A model generated the notes under the pieces. It was not told where the DNA came from, made no database searches, and saw only the letters and a list, made by a program, of their open reading frames with translations. From Ignavibacteriota bacterium (GTDB lineage: Bacteria > Bacteroidota > Ignavibacteria > Palsa-1295): a DNA stretch of 64,000 nucleotides. Where the stretch lies: assembly GCA_963787835.1 (NCBI GenBank), contig CAWBEI010000005.1, positions 192,001 through 256,000 of the forward strand. Reading direction: 5' to 3'. The translations under genes were made by a program, and so were the position numbers. This document shows positions 17,777 to 27,516 of this stretch, piece after piece (within the stretch, counting starts at the first letter, position 1; every line of letters begins with the position of its first letter).

Positions 17777-19732
17777 GTGACTGATCTAATTCCATATATC
17801 GTTCTCGTCCCGCTCGCGGCCTTCGCGATCAATACCCTGTTTGGCTCACGGATGAAGGGCCAGATCGCTGGCTGGATCGCTACGATTGCCGTCTTCATCA
17901 GCTTTTTCATCACGGCTGGCATTTTCTTCGAGATGCTTTCGCGACCGGCGGAAGAACGCGCGATCCATTACACGATGCTCGATTGGATCCACGTCGGTCG
18001 CATTCAAGTAAATATCGCATACCTCATCGATCAGCTTTCGATCACGTTCATGCTGGTCATTACGGGCGTCGGCGCATTTATCCATCTTTATAGCATCAGC
18101 TATATGAAGGGCGACCGCGGCTACTGGCGCTTCTTTGTGTATCTCAATCTTTTTATCGTCATGATGCTGCAGCTTGTCATGGCTGATAATTATTTGTGGA
18201 CGTTCCTGGGCTGGGAAGGCGTCGGGCTGTGCAGCTATCTCCTCATCGGTTTCTGGTATGACGAAGATAAAAATAACGATGCCGCAAAAAAAGCATTTAT
18301 CGTCAACCGCATCGGCGATTTCGGATTTTTAGTCGCGATGGGTATCATGCTGTGGCTTTTTCAATCGCTGAATTACCTTGATGTTCTCGGTTCTGGTGGC
18401 AATATTGTTGATGGTATAAAAGTCGCTGGCGCGGCATCGCATGTGTCCCATGGCGACCCATATGTCACAATGATAACGCTAATGTTGTTTTTAGGCTGTT
18501 GCGGGAAAAGCGCGCAAATACCACTTTACGTTTGGCTGCCTGATGCTATGGCTGGACCAACACCTGTTTCTGCGCTTATCCATGCAGCAACAATGGTAAC
18601 GAGTGGTATTTTCCTCGTAGCACGTTCGAATATCCTGTTTGCGCTTTCGCCAACAACGCTCGGAGTTGTTGCTGCGGTTGGTGCTGTGACAGCTATCTTC
18701 GCAGCAATGATCGGTATTTTCCAGAATGATATTAAAAAAGTTCTCGCATACTCAACCGTCTCACAGCTTGGCTATATGTTCCTCGCACTTGGGGTGGGGG
18801 CATTTACGGCGGGTGTGTTTCATGTAGTGACGCACGCGTTTTTTAAAGCGTGCCTATTTCTTGGCTCTGGTGCCGTTATTCACGCGATGCACCATGAGCA
18901 GGATATGCAGAAAATGGGTGGGCTGAAGAAATTTCTCCCCATCACGTTTGCGACATTTTTCTTAGCAACGCTCGCAATCACAGGTATTCCGCCATTTGCT
19001 GGATTTTTCTCGAAGGATGAAATATTATGGCAAGCATTTAGCCGTGGCTCGATCGTGCTGTGGCTCATAGGCGCTATTGCTGCTCTGATGACGGCATTCT
19101 ACATGTTCCGCTTGGTTTTCCTCACATTCTACGGCAAGCCACGCTTTGATGCCGAGCATCACCCTCCGCATGAAGTCGATTGGAAAATGTGGCTGCCACT
19201 CGTAGTGCTTGCCATACTTGCAACCGTCAGCGGGTTCCTTGCAATGCCGGCAGTTTTCCATGCTGGTAATATGTTCGAGAGCTGGCTGAGTCCGGTGCTC
19301 GAACGTGGTGAGCAAATTTCGCTTGTCGCTGGCGCAGCAGATAGTGCCGGACTCGAATGGGGCTTGATGGCCGTATCCGTTGCTATTGCTCTTACTGGGA
19401 TTCTTTTTGCGATGCGCGTCTATCAGCGCAAGCAAACGCTTGCGAAGGACGAAGCCCAGCTCGGCGCGGCTTATCAGCTATTGCACAATAAATTTTATGT
19501 CGATGAGATCTACGACAAGGCTATCGTTCAGCCGATCTACAATTTCAGCAATAGCTTTTTATGGAAGATCGTCGATGTGAAGATCATCGATGGCTTTGTG
19601 AATGGCCTGGCGCACATCACGGAGATCGGCTCCGGAACGATTCGCCGCATTCAGACCGGCATCGCACAGAACTATGCCGTGCTGATCGTCGTCGGGCTTT
19701 TGGTGGTGGTGGGATATTTAGTAATGTTTTAA
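17777..19732 (+). CDS. nuoL: NADH-quinone oxidoreductase subunit L
   Basis: GWEGVGLCSYLLIGFW, KSAQIPLYVWLPDAMAGPTPVSALIHAATMV, HAFFKACLFL. Confidence 0.97.
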   Translation: MTDLIPYIVLVPLAAFAINTLFGSRMKGQIAGWIATIAVFISFFITAGIFFEMLSRPAEERAIHYTMLDWIHVGRIQVNIAYLIDQLSITFMLVITGVGAFIHLYSISYMKGDRGYWRFFVYLNLFIVMMLQLVMADNYLWTFLGWEGVGLCSYLLIGFWYDEDKNNDAAKKAFIVNRIGDFGFLVAMGIMLWLFQSLNYLDVLGSGGNIVDGIKVAGAASHVSHGDPYVTMITLMLFLGCCGKSAQIPLYVWLPDAMAGPTPVSALIHAATMVTSGIFLVARSNILFALSPTTLGVVAAVGAVTAIFAAMIGIFQNDIKKVLAYSTVSQLGYMFLALGVGAFTAGVFHVVTHAFFKACLFLGSGAVIHAMHHEQDMQKMGGLKKFLPITFATFFLATLAITGIPPFAGFFSKDEILWQAFSRGSIVLWLIGAIAALMTAFYMFRLVFLTFYGKPRFDAEHHPPHEVDWKMWLPLVVLAILATVSGFLAMPAVFHAGNMFESWLSPVLERGEQISLVAGAADSAGLEWGLMAVSVAIALTGILFAMRVYQRKQTLAKDEAQLGAAYQLLHNKFYVDEIYDKAIVQPIYNFSNSFLWKIVDVKIIDGFVNGLAHITEIGSGTIRRIQTGIAQNYAVLIVVGLLVVVGYLVMF

Positions 19733-21414
19733 TGGGCATTTTATCAATTCTCATATTCTTTCCGCTCCTAGGTGCGCTTGCCGCACTTGCGGTGCGCAAG
19801 GCCGAAGCCGCGAAGTGGGTCGCGCTCGTTACGAGCATCGTCACGTTCGTGATCTCGCTCGTGGTTTATATGCAGTTTAATTCTGCAGGAAGTGGCTATC
19901 AGCTTACCGAGCAGATGCCGTGGGTGGTGTTGCCGGGTCTGGCATTCACGTATTTTGTTGGCGTGGATGGAATGTCGATGATGCTGATTCTACTCACGAC
20001 GTTCATCATGATCGTCACGCTGCTCGGAACGTGGAACTCGATCACGAAGAGTGTGCCGGGATTCATGGCGCTTCTGATGGTGCTCGAAGCCGGAATGATC
20101 GGCGTGTTTTGCTCGCTCGATCTATTCCTCTTCTACATTTTCTGGGAAGTGATTCTCATTCCGATGTATTTCATTATCGGAATTTGGGGTGGAAAGCGGA
20201 GAATTTATTCCGCGATAAAGTTCTTCATCTATACGATGGCTGGCTCACTCATCATGCTCGTCGCCATTATCTGGCTTGGCATCGAAGCCGGGCATATCAC
20301 CGGACATTTCACGACCGATCTCACGAAACTGCTCGTCGTTTCGCGTCAACTCCCTATTGATACTCAGCATTATCTGTTCCTTGCCTTCGCGCTGAGTTTT
20401 GCAATAAAAGTACCGATATTCCCACTTCACACCTGGTTACCAGATGCACATGTGGAAGCGCCGACTACCGGTTCCATCATTCTTGCGGGTGTGCTGATTA
20501 AGATGGGCACATACGGCCTTATCCGTTTCTGTCTCGAACTTTTTCCTCAAGCGAGCTTTGATTACTCAACGCTCTTTTCTGTGCTTGGAGTGATCGGCAT
20601 TATTTATGGCGCGCTTGTTTCGATGGTGCAGACGGATGTCAAGAAGCTTATCGCGTATTCTTCCGTTGCGCACATGGGATTTATTGTGCTGGGTATTTTT
20701 TCCATGACGCGCGAAGGATTGCAAGGCGCGGTCATTCAAATGATCAATCATGGGCTTTCGACAGGCATGCTCTTCATGATGTTTGGCATGATGTACGACC
20801 GTCGTCACACCCGAGAAATTAAAGAATATGGCGGACTTGCTAAGATCGTTCCGCTGTTCGCTGTTTTTTTCGGAATAGCAGTATTTTCCAGCGTCGGTTT
20901 GCCTGGACTCAATGGATTCATTGGTGAATACCTGACGATGATGGGAGCGTATTATTCTCCGGTGCTGAATACATGGGCGTATGCGATCTGGAGCGCAACG
21001 GGAGTAATCCTCGCGGCGGTTTATCTGCTATGGATGTATCAACGATTTGTTTTTGGATTACCGAATGGTGCGAAACCAAGTGCAGGTCATGGCCACGATC
21101 ACGCAGGAGAAACAGACCATAGCGGACACACTACACCTGATCTTAATTGGCGGGAACTCGCTGCCGTAATTCCGATGGTCGTGTTTATGATCTGGATTGG
21201 CATTCAGCCCATGAATTTTATGAAGATGAGCGAGCGGACGATGTATCAAATGTCCGACGATCTGCTGAAGATGAAACAGAGCGGGGTAGTGGCAGTGAAT
21301 TCAACTCGATTACATGAACCTGTCATCCTGAGCGGAGTTCGTCCGACCCCAGGAGGACGAACGGAGTCGAAGGATCTTTTGACATCTAACGAGAAACTTG
21401 GAGGGAGAGAATAA
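19732..21414 (+). CDS. nuoM: NADH-quinone oxidoreductase subunit M
   Basis: FYIFWEVILIPMY, PLHTWLPDAHVEAPT, KKLIAYSSVAHMG; ATG at 19732 overlaps the nuoL TAA. Confidence 0.96.
   Translation: MGILSILIFFPLLGALAALAVRKAEAAKWVALVTSIVTFVISLVVYMQFNSAGSGYQLTEQMPWVVLPGLAFTYFVGVDGMSMMLILLTTFIMIVTLLGTWNSITKSVPGFMALLMVLEAGMIGVFCSLDLFLFYIFWEVILIPMYFIIGIWGGKRRIYSAIKFFIYTMAGSLIMLVAIIWLGIEAGHITGHFTTDLTKLLVVSRQLPIDTQHYLFLAFALSFAIKVPIFPLHTWLPDAHVEAPTTGSIILAGVLIKMGTYGLIRFCLELFPQASFDYSTLFSVLGVIGIIYGALVSMVQTDVKKLIAYSSVAHMGFIVLGIFSMTREGLQGAVIQMINHGLSTGMLFMMFGMMYDRRHTREIKEYGGLAKIVPLFAVFFGIAVFSSVGLPGLNGFIGEYLTMMGAYYSPVLNTWAYAIWSATGVILAAVYLLWMYQRFVFGLPNGAKPSAGHGHDHAGETDHSGHTTPDLNWRELAAVIPMVVFMIWIGIQPMNFMKMSERTMYQMSDDLLKMKQSGVVAVNSTRLHEPVILSGVRPTPGGRTESKDLLTSNEKLGGRE
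21321..21377 (+). repeat. TGTC/CGTC-type REP monomer, in frame within nuoM
   Basis: TGTCATCCTGAGCGGA-GTTCGTCC..GGACGAAC-GGAGTCGAAGGATCT has the same termini as the halves of the element at 34083-34212. Confidence 0.85.
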
Positions 21415-22919
21415 TGCCATTTCAAGTTACCTGCCGCGATATTTATGGCATCATGCCGCTCCTCATTCTTGCAGGGACGGGCATCGTTGTCCTGATGTGG
21501 GACGCATTCGATAAAAGCCATTCGCGTATTCCGCTCTTTCTCACTATTCTCGGTGCAATTGCAGCCGGGATTGCTGCCTACCTCAATCTCAATGACACTG
21601 GCCGCATTTTTAGCGGCATGATCCTCAATAATAGCTTTGCAAATTATTACGCGATTTTGTTTTCCGTTGGTGTTATCCTCGCGGTGTTGCTTGCGGAACG
21701 ATATTTGCGGGATGAAGGCGTAATGGTCGGAGAGTTCAGTGCTCTCACACTATTTTCCGCTTGTGGAATGATCATGCTTGCATCCGGGAATGATCTTATC
21801 GTGACATTTCTCGGATTAGAGACTATGTCCATCGCGTTTTATGTGCTTGCAGGTCTTTTCCGAAAGCGCAAAGAATCGAATGAAGCGGCCCTCAAGTATT
21901 TCTTGCTCGGTGCGTTCTCAACCGGGTTTTTCCTTTATGGTATTGCACTGTTCTATGGAACGTTCGCAACCACGAATCTCGATGCAATAACAAAGGCACT
22001 TCAGAATCCAATTACTTCACATGCTATCCTAACCAGTCCGATGTTCTGGATGGGGACTGGTATGCTGTTGGTCGGATTTTCCTTTAAAGTCGCAGCGTTC
22101 CCATTCCATCAATGGGCGCCGGATGTTTATGAAGGAGCGCCAACCGTTGTGTCGGGATTTTTCTCCACTGCTGGTAAAGCTGGCGCATTTGCAGCGCTGA
22201 TCCTCATATTCAATATCGCAATGCGTCCGATCGGACTAGATGCCGATGCCTTGCATAAAATGCAGACCATTATTGCAGTCATTGCACTGGCCTCGATGTT
22301 TTATGGGAACATTACTGCGCTCTCGCAAATGAATTTGAAGCGCATGCTTGCGTATTCGAGCATTGCACATGCTGGATATATGCTCCTCGGCGTTGCCGCA
22401 ATGAATGGTGATGGCCCAACGGCTGTCACGATCTATCTCACCGTTTATACACTCATGCAAATGGGCGCCTTCGGCGTGGTGGCTATGCTTGAGGAACAGA
22501 CGGGGCGCAGCGTCGAACTTACCGACCTTGCAGGGCTTGGCCGTCGCCAACCCTCGCTAGCCTTTATCATGTCCATCATGATGCTCTCACTTACGGGTAT
22601 CCCGCCATTCGGTGGCTTCTTCGCGAAGTATTATGTATTTGCGGCGGCGATTCGTGGCGGCCTGACGGTTTACGCCGTTCTTGGTATGATCGCCACGGTT
22701 ATTTCGGTTTATTTCTATCTTCGCGTGATGGTCGTAATGTATTTCCGTGAGCCGGAAGCGGGTGAAGAATTATCCGTTTCGTCTGGCGGTACCGTTGCAG
22801 TGCAGGGTGACACGATCAGTGGGTGGGCTGCACTCGTCCTTGTTGCGATCGGGATGGTTGTCCTCGGAATTCTTCCCATGATCCTGACGAATATTACCAA
22901 GGCCTTTTATGTTCAATAA
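21414..22919 (+). CDS. nuoN: NADH-quinone oxidoreductase subunit N
   Basis: EAALKYFLLG, FKVAAFPFHQWAPDVYEGAPT, KRMLAYSSIAHAGY. Confidence 0.96.
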   Translation: MPFQVTCRDIYGIMPLLILAGTGIVVLMWDAFDKSHSRIPLFLTILGAIAAGIAAYLNLNDTGRIFSGMILNNSFANYYAILFSVGVILAVLLAERYLRDEGVMVGEFSALTLFSACGMIMLASGNDLIVTFLGLETMSIAFYVLAGLFRKRKESNEAALKYFLLGAFSTGFFLYGIALFYGTFATTNLDAITKALQNPITSHAILTSPMFWMGTGMLLVGFSFKVAAFPFHQWAPDVYEGAPTVVSGFFSTAGKAGAFAALILIFNIAMRPIGLDADALHKMQTIIAVIALASMFYGNITALSQMNLKRMLAYSSIAHAGYMLLGVAAMNGDGPTAVTIYLTVYTLMQMGAFGVVAMLEEQTGRSVELTDLAGLGRRQPSLAFIMSIMMLSLTGIPPFGGFFAKYYVFAAAIRGGLTVYAVLGMIATVISVYFYLRVMVVMYFREPEAGEELSVSSGGTVAVQGDTISGWAALVLVAIGMVVLGILPMILTNITKAFYVQ

Positions 22920-22924
22920 GGAAC

Positions 22925-24508
22925 ATGCAACCGGTCTTTACAGCCGCCCAGTCCCGAGCGTTCGATAAATACCTAATTGAGGATATTGGCATTCCATCGC
23001 TGGTTCTGATGGAGAATGCTGCTCGTGCTGCGCTTGAAGCACTACATGATTGGCTTGGTGCTCCCGGTGTATCAGAAATCGTAATTGTTTGTGGCGTTGG
23101 CAACAATGGTGGCGATGGGATGGCGCTTGCACGCTTGCTTATCGAGCGATCACACAATGTCACCGTCTTTCTTGTAGGAGATGTATCGAAACTTTCGACC
23201 GATGCAAAATTACAATATGATATTCTTTCGGCGCTTATCGATCCTGACGAAATTTACTCCTTCGAAAAAGCGGAAGAAATAATCGAGATCGTCGATGGCG
23301 TCGATATTATTGTAGATGCGTTGTTGGGAACCGGCTCGACGGGAGCGCCGAGAGATGCGGTAGCTGAAGGAATCAAGGCCATTCAGATGTTGCAGGGAGC
23401 TGTTGGAGCCAAAGTTCTTGCAATAGATATCCCTTCTGGACTCGACACTGATCACGGTGCATTCGAAGCGGATGAGTCATCGCAATACATCATTCGCGCC
23501 GATCGAACAGTTTCGATGGCTACGCCGAAGATCGGATTTTATCAGGCAGATTCCAAAATATTCACTTGCGAGATTTCTATCGCTGGGCTTGGAGCCGAAG
23601 CTTCGTTTGCAGCGGAATCAAAGGAGCAAGCATATCTCATCAACGCCCGAGATGCCGCAAACGGGATTCGAACATTCCGCTACACCTCCTCAAAAATGGA
23701 TCGGGGGCGTGTGCTTACCATCTGCGGATCACGAGGAATGACAGGCGCGGCGATCATGTCCGCAAGCGCGGCGCTGAGAACAGGATGCGGGTTAGTTACT
23801 GTTGCCATTCCCGAATCTCAGCGAGCAATCGTTGCGCAAGCGATGCCGGAACTCATGACTCACGGCCTGAATGCAGAAACGAACGGGAGTCCCGATCTTG
23901 CCGCGTGGGATGAACTTCAGGGTGAGTTCAAACGCGCGGACGCTGTTCTCATTGGATGTGGATTGCCGGTTATTCTTGGCACGACGGCACTGATATTGCG
24001 AATTATATCGCAAGTAGAGAAGCCAATGGTCATCGATGCCGGAGCACTTAGCGCGTTGCAAGGTCATCTTGATATTATCAAGAATAGAAAAGCGCCAACC
24101 ATTCTCACGCCTCATATCGGGGAACTGGCGAGGCTCGTGGATCGACCGTGGCAGGAAGTAGATCGAGAGCGGCTTGAAGTTGGCCGTCAAGTTGCAATGA
24201 CATACGGCTGTACGGTTGTCGTAAAAGGAGAGCCCATTCAAACGATCGCGCCAGATGGCACTGCGTACATTAACACAACGGGCAATGTTGGTCTAGCAAC
24301 CGGAGGAACTGGAGATGTGCTTGCCGGAATGATCGTAAGCCTGCTTGCGCAAACACCCGACGCTCCATTAGAAGCAGCGCGAACGGGTGCTTATCTGCAT
24401 GGCCTTGCCGGGGATTTTGCTGCGGAAGAAAAAACAACGCATGGCATGACGGCAACAGATGTCATTACGCATTTGCCGAACGCATTCAAAGCTTTGGGAT
24501 TCAAATAA
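22925..24508 (+). CDS. nnr: Bifunctional NAD(P)HX epimerase/dehydratase
   Basis: LMENAA, CGVGNNGGDG, DIPSG (epimerase); GSRGMTGAA, VIDAGAL, LTPHIGE, ATGGTGDVLAG (dehydratase); start ATG 22925. Confidence 0.93.
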   Translation: MQPVFTAAQSRAFDKYLIEDIGIPSLVLMENAARAALEALHDWLGAPGVSEIVIVCGVGNNGGDGMALARLLIERSHNVTVFLVGDVSKLSTDAKLQYDILSALIDPDEIYSFEKAEEIIEIVDGVDIIVDALLGTGSTGAPRDAVAEGIKAIQMLQGAVGAKVLAIDIPSGLDTDHGAFEADESSQYIIRADRTVSMATPKIGFYQADSKIFTCEISIAGLGAEASFAAESKEQAYLINARDAANGIRTFRYTSSKMDRGRVLTICGSRGMTGAAIMSASAALRTGCGLVTVAIPESQRAIVAQAMPELMTHGLNAETNGSPDLAAWDELQGEFKRADAVLIGCGLPVILGTTALILRIISQVEKPMVIDAGALSALQGHLDIIKNRKAPTILTPHIGELARLVDRPWQEVDRERLEVGRQVAMTYGCTVVVKGEPIQTIAPDGTAYINTTGNVGLATGGTGDVLAGMIVSLLAQTPDAPLEAARTGAYLHGLAGDFAAEEKTTHGMTATDVITHLPNAFKALGFK

Positions 24509-25177
24509 ATGGCATCCTGGCAAGGCGTTCTTCGTAAAGATCTGCGTGTCGAGTTCCGTACGCGTTATGGCGTGAGCGCAGTAATAATGTTTCTGCTGAT
24601 CACGGTGTCGGTCATTCTTTATTCGACTCCAGGCGAGCAATTACAACCGAGCATTCTCAGCGCCTTATTATGGATCGCACTGTTTTTTGGTGCGATGACG
24701 GGATTGGCACGCTCGTTCGTATCGGAAGAAGAGCGTGGAACGGCGCTGCTTTTGCGGCTATATGCAGACGGAGAAAGTGTCTATATTGCAAAGCTGGTGT
24801 ATAATCTGGCATTAATGCTTGCGCTTGCGATCTCGGCAGTAGTATTTTTCGAATTTTTCTTCACGCGGGATTTTCACATCCGGGATTGGCCCGCATTCGG
24901 AATGCAGCTTTTTTTGGGTGCCATTGGAATAGCTGCCGTATCGACGATCCTTTCTGCGCTCATCAGCCGAGCATCGCAAAAGGGAGCGCTTTTGCCGATT
25001 CTTGCATTACCAGTACTGATGCCGCTTGTTATCGCAACCACGGATGCGACTCGCATTGCGCTGGAAGTCTCGAACGCAATGGAATCAGCTCGCGGAGACC
25101 TTTTGATACTTGTTTCGTTTGATATTGCGATGATGCTCGTCAGCTATGTGCTGTTCGATGTGATCTGGCGGGATTAA
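24509..25177 (+). CDS. ccmB: Heme exporter protein B
   Basis: KDLRVEFR, SFVSEEERGT, LLPILALP; six TM segments; upstream of ccmC. Confidence 0.9.
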   Translation: MASWQGVLRKDLRVEFRTRYGVSAVIMFLLITVSVILYSTPGEQLQPSILSALLWIALFFGAMTGLARSFVSEEERGTALLLRLYADGESVYIAKLVYNLALMLALAISAVVFFEFFFTRDFHIRDWPAFGMQLFLGAIGIAAVSTILSALISRASQKGALLPILALPVLMPLVIATTDATRIALEVSNAMESARGDLLILVSFDIAMMLVSYVLFDVIWRD

Positions 25178-25228
25178 CGATCGCTGTTCCTTGGTCGTAG
25201 TTTTTAAGATGCTATAGAATAACTGTTC

Positions 25229-25873
25229 ATGGAGAATACAGAATTTCGCGTTTTTATTTCCTCCACCCTGCAGGATTTGCAGGAAGAGCGGGAGCATTTA
25301 GTTAAAAAAATATTCCCGGAAGTTCGCGCGCGGTGCCGAGAATGCGGTATAACCTTCACGGAGGTTGATTTTCGCTGGGGAATCACCGCAGAAGATGTTA
25401 CTTCAGGCCGAGTGATTCGCACCTGCCTTGAAGAAGTAGATCGTTCCCGACCCTATTTTATCGGTATCACCGGCGATCGCTATGGATCCGTTCCTAAACC
25501 GGCGGATATTGCTGCCGATCCCGAACTTGTCCAAAAATTCCCGTGGGTACCAGATGCCATTGCCGAAGGCGCCAGCCTCATCGATCTCGAATTTCGTCAC
25601 GGAGCACTCAATCAGAACGTAGAAGATGCCAATACTCCCAAAGTCTTTTTCTATGTTCGCCAACGCCTTTGGGATCGCGATTCGTCAGCGCCAGAGCGGA
25701 TGAAACTTTCGTCTCTGGAACGTCGAACAAAAGCTCGTGGCTATAAGGTCTCTGGATATCAAAGTGCGGAGAAGCTGGGCGAAATGATCCGCGCAGAATT
25801 GCTCGCGATACTCGATAGAGATTTTGCGAAGATCGTGGAGCAGCAGGTAGAAAAAGAATCCGCTGTTTCTTAA
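25229..25873 (+). CDS. Stand-alone DUF4062 domain protein
   Basis: FRVFISSTLQDLQEEREHL, VDFRWGIT, CLEEVDRSRPYFIGITGDRYG, SLIDLEF; this domain normally precedes a NACHT/TPR region, which is absent here. Confidence 0.85.
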   Translation: MENTEFRVFISSTLQDLQEEREHLVKKIFPEVRARCRECGITFTEVDFRWGITAEDVTSGRVIRTCLEEVDRSRPYFIGITGDRYGSVPKPADIAADPELVQKFPWVPDAIAEGASLIDLEFRHGALNQNVEDANTPKVFFYVRQRLWDRDSSAPERMKLSSLERRTKARGYKVSGYQSAEKLGEMIRAELLAILDRDFAKIVEQQVEKESAVS

Positions 25874-25911
25874 AGGCGCATTATATCTGGCGCAATTTCG
25901 TTAAAATATTC

Positions 25912-26907
25912 ATGAGGATTTTTCGCTCTAATATTTTCCTTTGGTGCCTCGGCCTCGCGCTGGCGGTGCAGGTGTTTGTTGCCTTTGAAACGCCGATCGG
26001 GGGAAGTTTTAGCGATGCAGTCCAACTTTCTATGAACGGTGTGCAGGATGTGACGCCTGTTAAAGCTACACTGCTTTCCACCGATTCTGCCGGTGCCTTA
26101 TTTAAAGACCTTTATGGCGATAGTGCCCAGGTTCATCTGACTTATAAGTCCTATGGGACATATAAGTCCTACAAAAGCGGCGATGTGATCGTAATGAGTG
26201 TCTTTTATAACCACAATTCGAAGAACTTCGACTTTGTAGAGATCATTCGCGCAAATCCCATCATGACCTTCCCGATGATCCAGGGGTTAGGCGAGCTTGG
26301 CCGTAACATTCTGTTTCACGTACCAATGTCAATGGTTGCATTTGTTGCGTTCCTTTTAGGGACTATTTATTCCATACTGTTTCTTGTAAAAAAGAATTAC
26401 GATTTCGATCGCCGAGCGCGCGCCGCGTCTGCGGGAGGTTTTATTTTTACGCTTATGGCGACAATTACCGGCTCGATTTGGGCACGCTTTAGTTGGGGAA
26501 CCTTCTGGAATTGGGATCCACGCGAGACATCGATTTTTATTTTGCTGTTCATCTACGGGGCGTATTTTATGCTTCGCTCTTTGCTTGAGGAGAGTGAGGA
26601 TAAAAAAGCTCGGATTGCAGCAGTCTATAATATCATTGCGTTCGTGACGGTACCATTTCTGATGTTTATTCTGCCACGAATTACGCAGAGCCTCCATCCC
26701 GGCGGCGGAAATCTTATGCCAAACAGCAACGCACCTGAAGCACCGATCATAAATCTTTCTGGAAATACGCACATTGATCGAACCCTTCTAAATATGCAGT
26801 GGATTTCAGTTTTCTTATTCCTTATAGTTTTTCTTTGGATAAAAGACATTTACACACGGATTCTCCGCCTACAGGATAAACAAGCGGAGCAAGCCTCATC
26901 TATATAA
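25912..26907 (+). CDS. ccmC: Cytochrome c biogenesis heme exporter CcmC/CcsA-family protein
   Basis: ILFHVP, GSIWARFSWGTFWNWDPRETS (WWD domain), SLHP. Confidence 0.9.
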   Translation: MRIFRSNIFLWCLGLALAVQVFVAFETPIGGSFSDAVQLSMNGVQDVTPVKATLLSTDSAGALFKDLYGDSAQVHLTYKSYGTYKSYKSGDVIVMSVFYNHNSKNFDFVEIIRANPIMTFPMIQGLGELGRNILFHVPMSMVAFVAFLLGTIYSILFLVKKNYDFDRRARAASAGGFIFTLMATITGSIWARFSWGTFWNWDPRETSIFILLFIYGAYFMLRSLLEESEDKKARIAAVYNIIAFVTVPFLMFILPRITQSLHPGGGNLMPNSNAPEAPIINLSGNTHIDRTLLNMQWISVFLFLIVFLWIKDIYTRILRLQDKQAEQASSI

Positions 26908-26909
26908 CG

Positions 26910-27035
26910 ATGGATTTTCTGCAACATAACTCTCTTTACGTTGTCGGTATCATTTCAGCCGTGATATGGCTGGGATTGTTCTCCTTCATGTTCGGCATCG
27001 AGCGCCGCGTGAGAAAGCTGGAAAAAGAATCGTAG
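26910..27035 (+). CDS. ccmD: CcmD-family small membrane protein
   Basis: Manual translation MDFLQHNSLYVVGIISAVIWLGLFSFMFGIERRVRKLEKES*: single TM then a basic tail, directly after ccmC. Confidence 0.75.
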   Translation: MDFLQHNSLYVVGIISAVIWLGLFSFMFGIERRVRKLEKES

Positions 27036-27036
27036 C

Positions 27037-27516
27037 ATGGTAACGATCCGTCGCGCGGAGCCGGAAGATGCGGAGGCCGTTGCCACATTACTCGTTCGTT
27101 CGATCCGGGAAGTATGTGGTCCGGATTACGACAACGATGAGGCCATTCTTGCTCCATGGTGCGCAAATAAAACACCGGAGAACATGCGGCGAGGTATTCA
27201 AAATCCGAACAATTATTGGATCGTAGCAGTAGAAGGTGAGACCGTTGCTGGAACTGCGCTCATGACGCTTCAGGGCGAAATTCATCTTTGTTATGTTCTC
27301 CCAGAATATCTTCATCGAGGCATCGGAAAAGCAATGCTGGAAGATCTTCTCAGAAATGCACGTTTGCTTGGATTGGGTAAGGTTATGCTCGAAAGTACAC
27401 GTACAGCACGCGAGTTCTATTTGCGGAATGGTTTTATCCAAACCCACGAAGTAATGAGTTTTGGAAGGATACCTTGTTTCGCGATGGAGCTTTCTCTTGC
27501 CGCCAATAATGTCTGA
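27037..27516 (+). CDS. GNAT family N-acetyltransferase
   Basis: YVLPEYLHRGIGKAML acetyl-CoA motif, AREFYLRNGF. Confidence 0.88.
   Translation: MVTIRRAEPEDAEAVATLLVRSIREVCGPDYDNDEAILAPWCANKTPENMRRGIQNPNNYWIVAVEGETVAGTALMTLQGEIHLCYVLPEYLHRGIGKAMLEDLLRNARLLGLGKVMLESTRTAREFYLRNGFIQTHEVMSFGRIPCFAMELSLAANNV

Noticed and set aside
19561-19731. 57-aa N-terminal extension of NuoM
   Set aside because: It overlaps nuoL; the coupled ATG at 19732 gives a normal N-terminus
16961-22919. nuoJ-N separated from nuoA-I
   Set aside because: Fragmented nuo operons are common, so this is not remarkable without the rest of the genome
25880-25900. Possible relic of the ccmB 3' end (ATCTGGCG) after the DUF4062 gene
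   Set aside because: Only an 8-nt match, not distinguishable from chance
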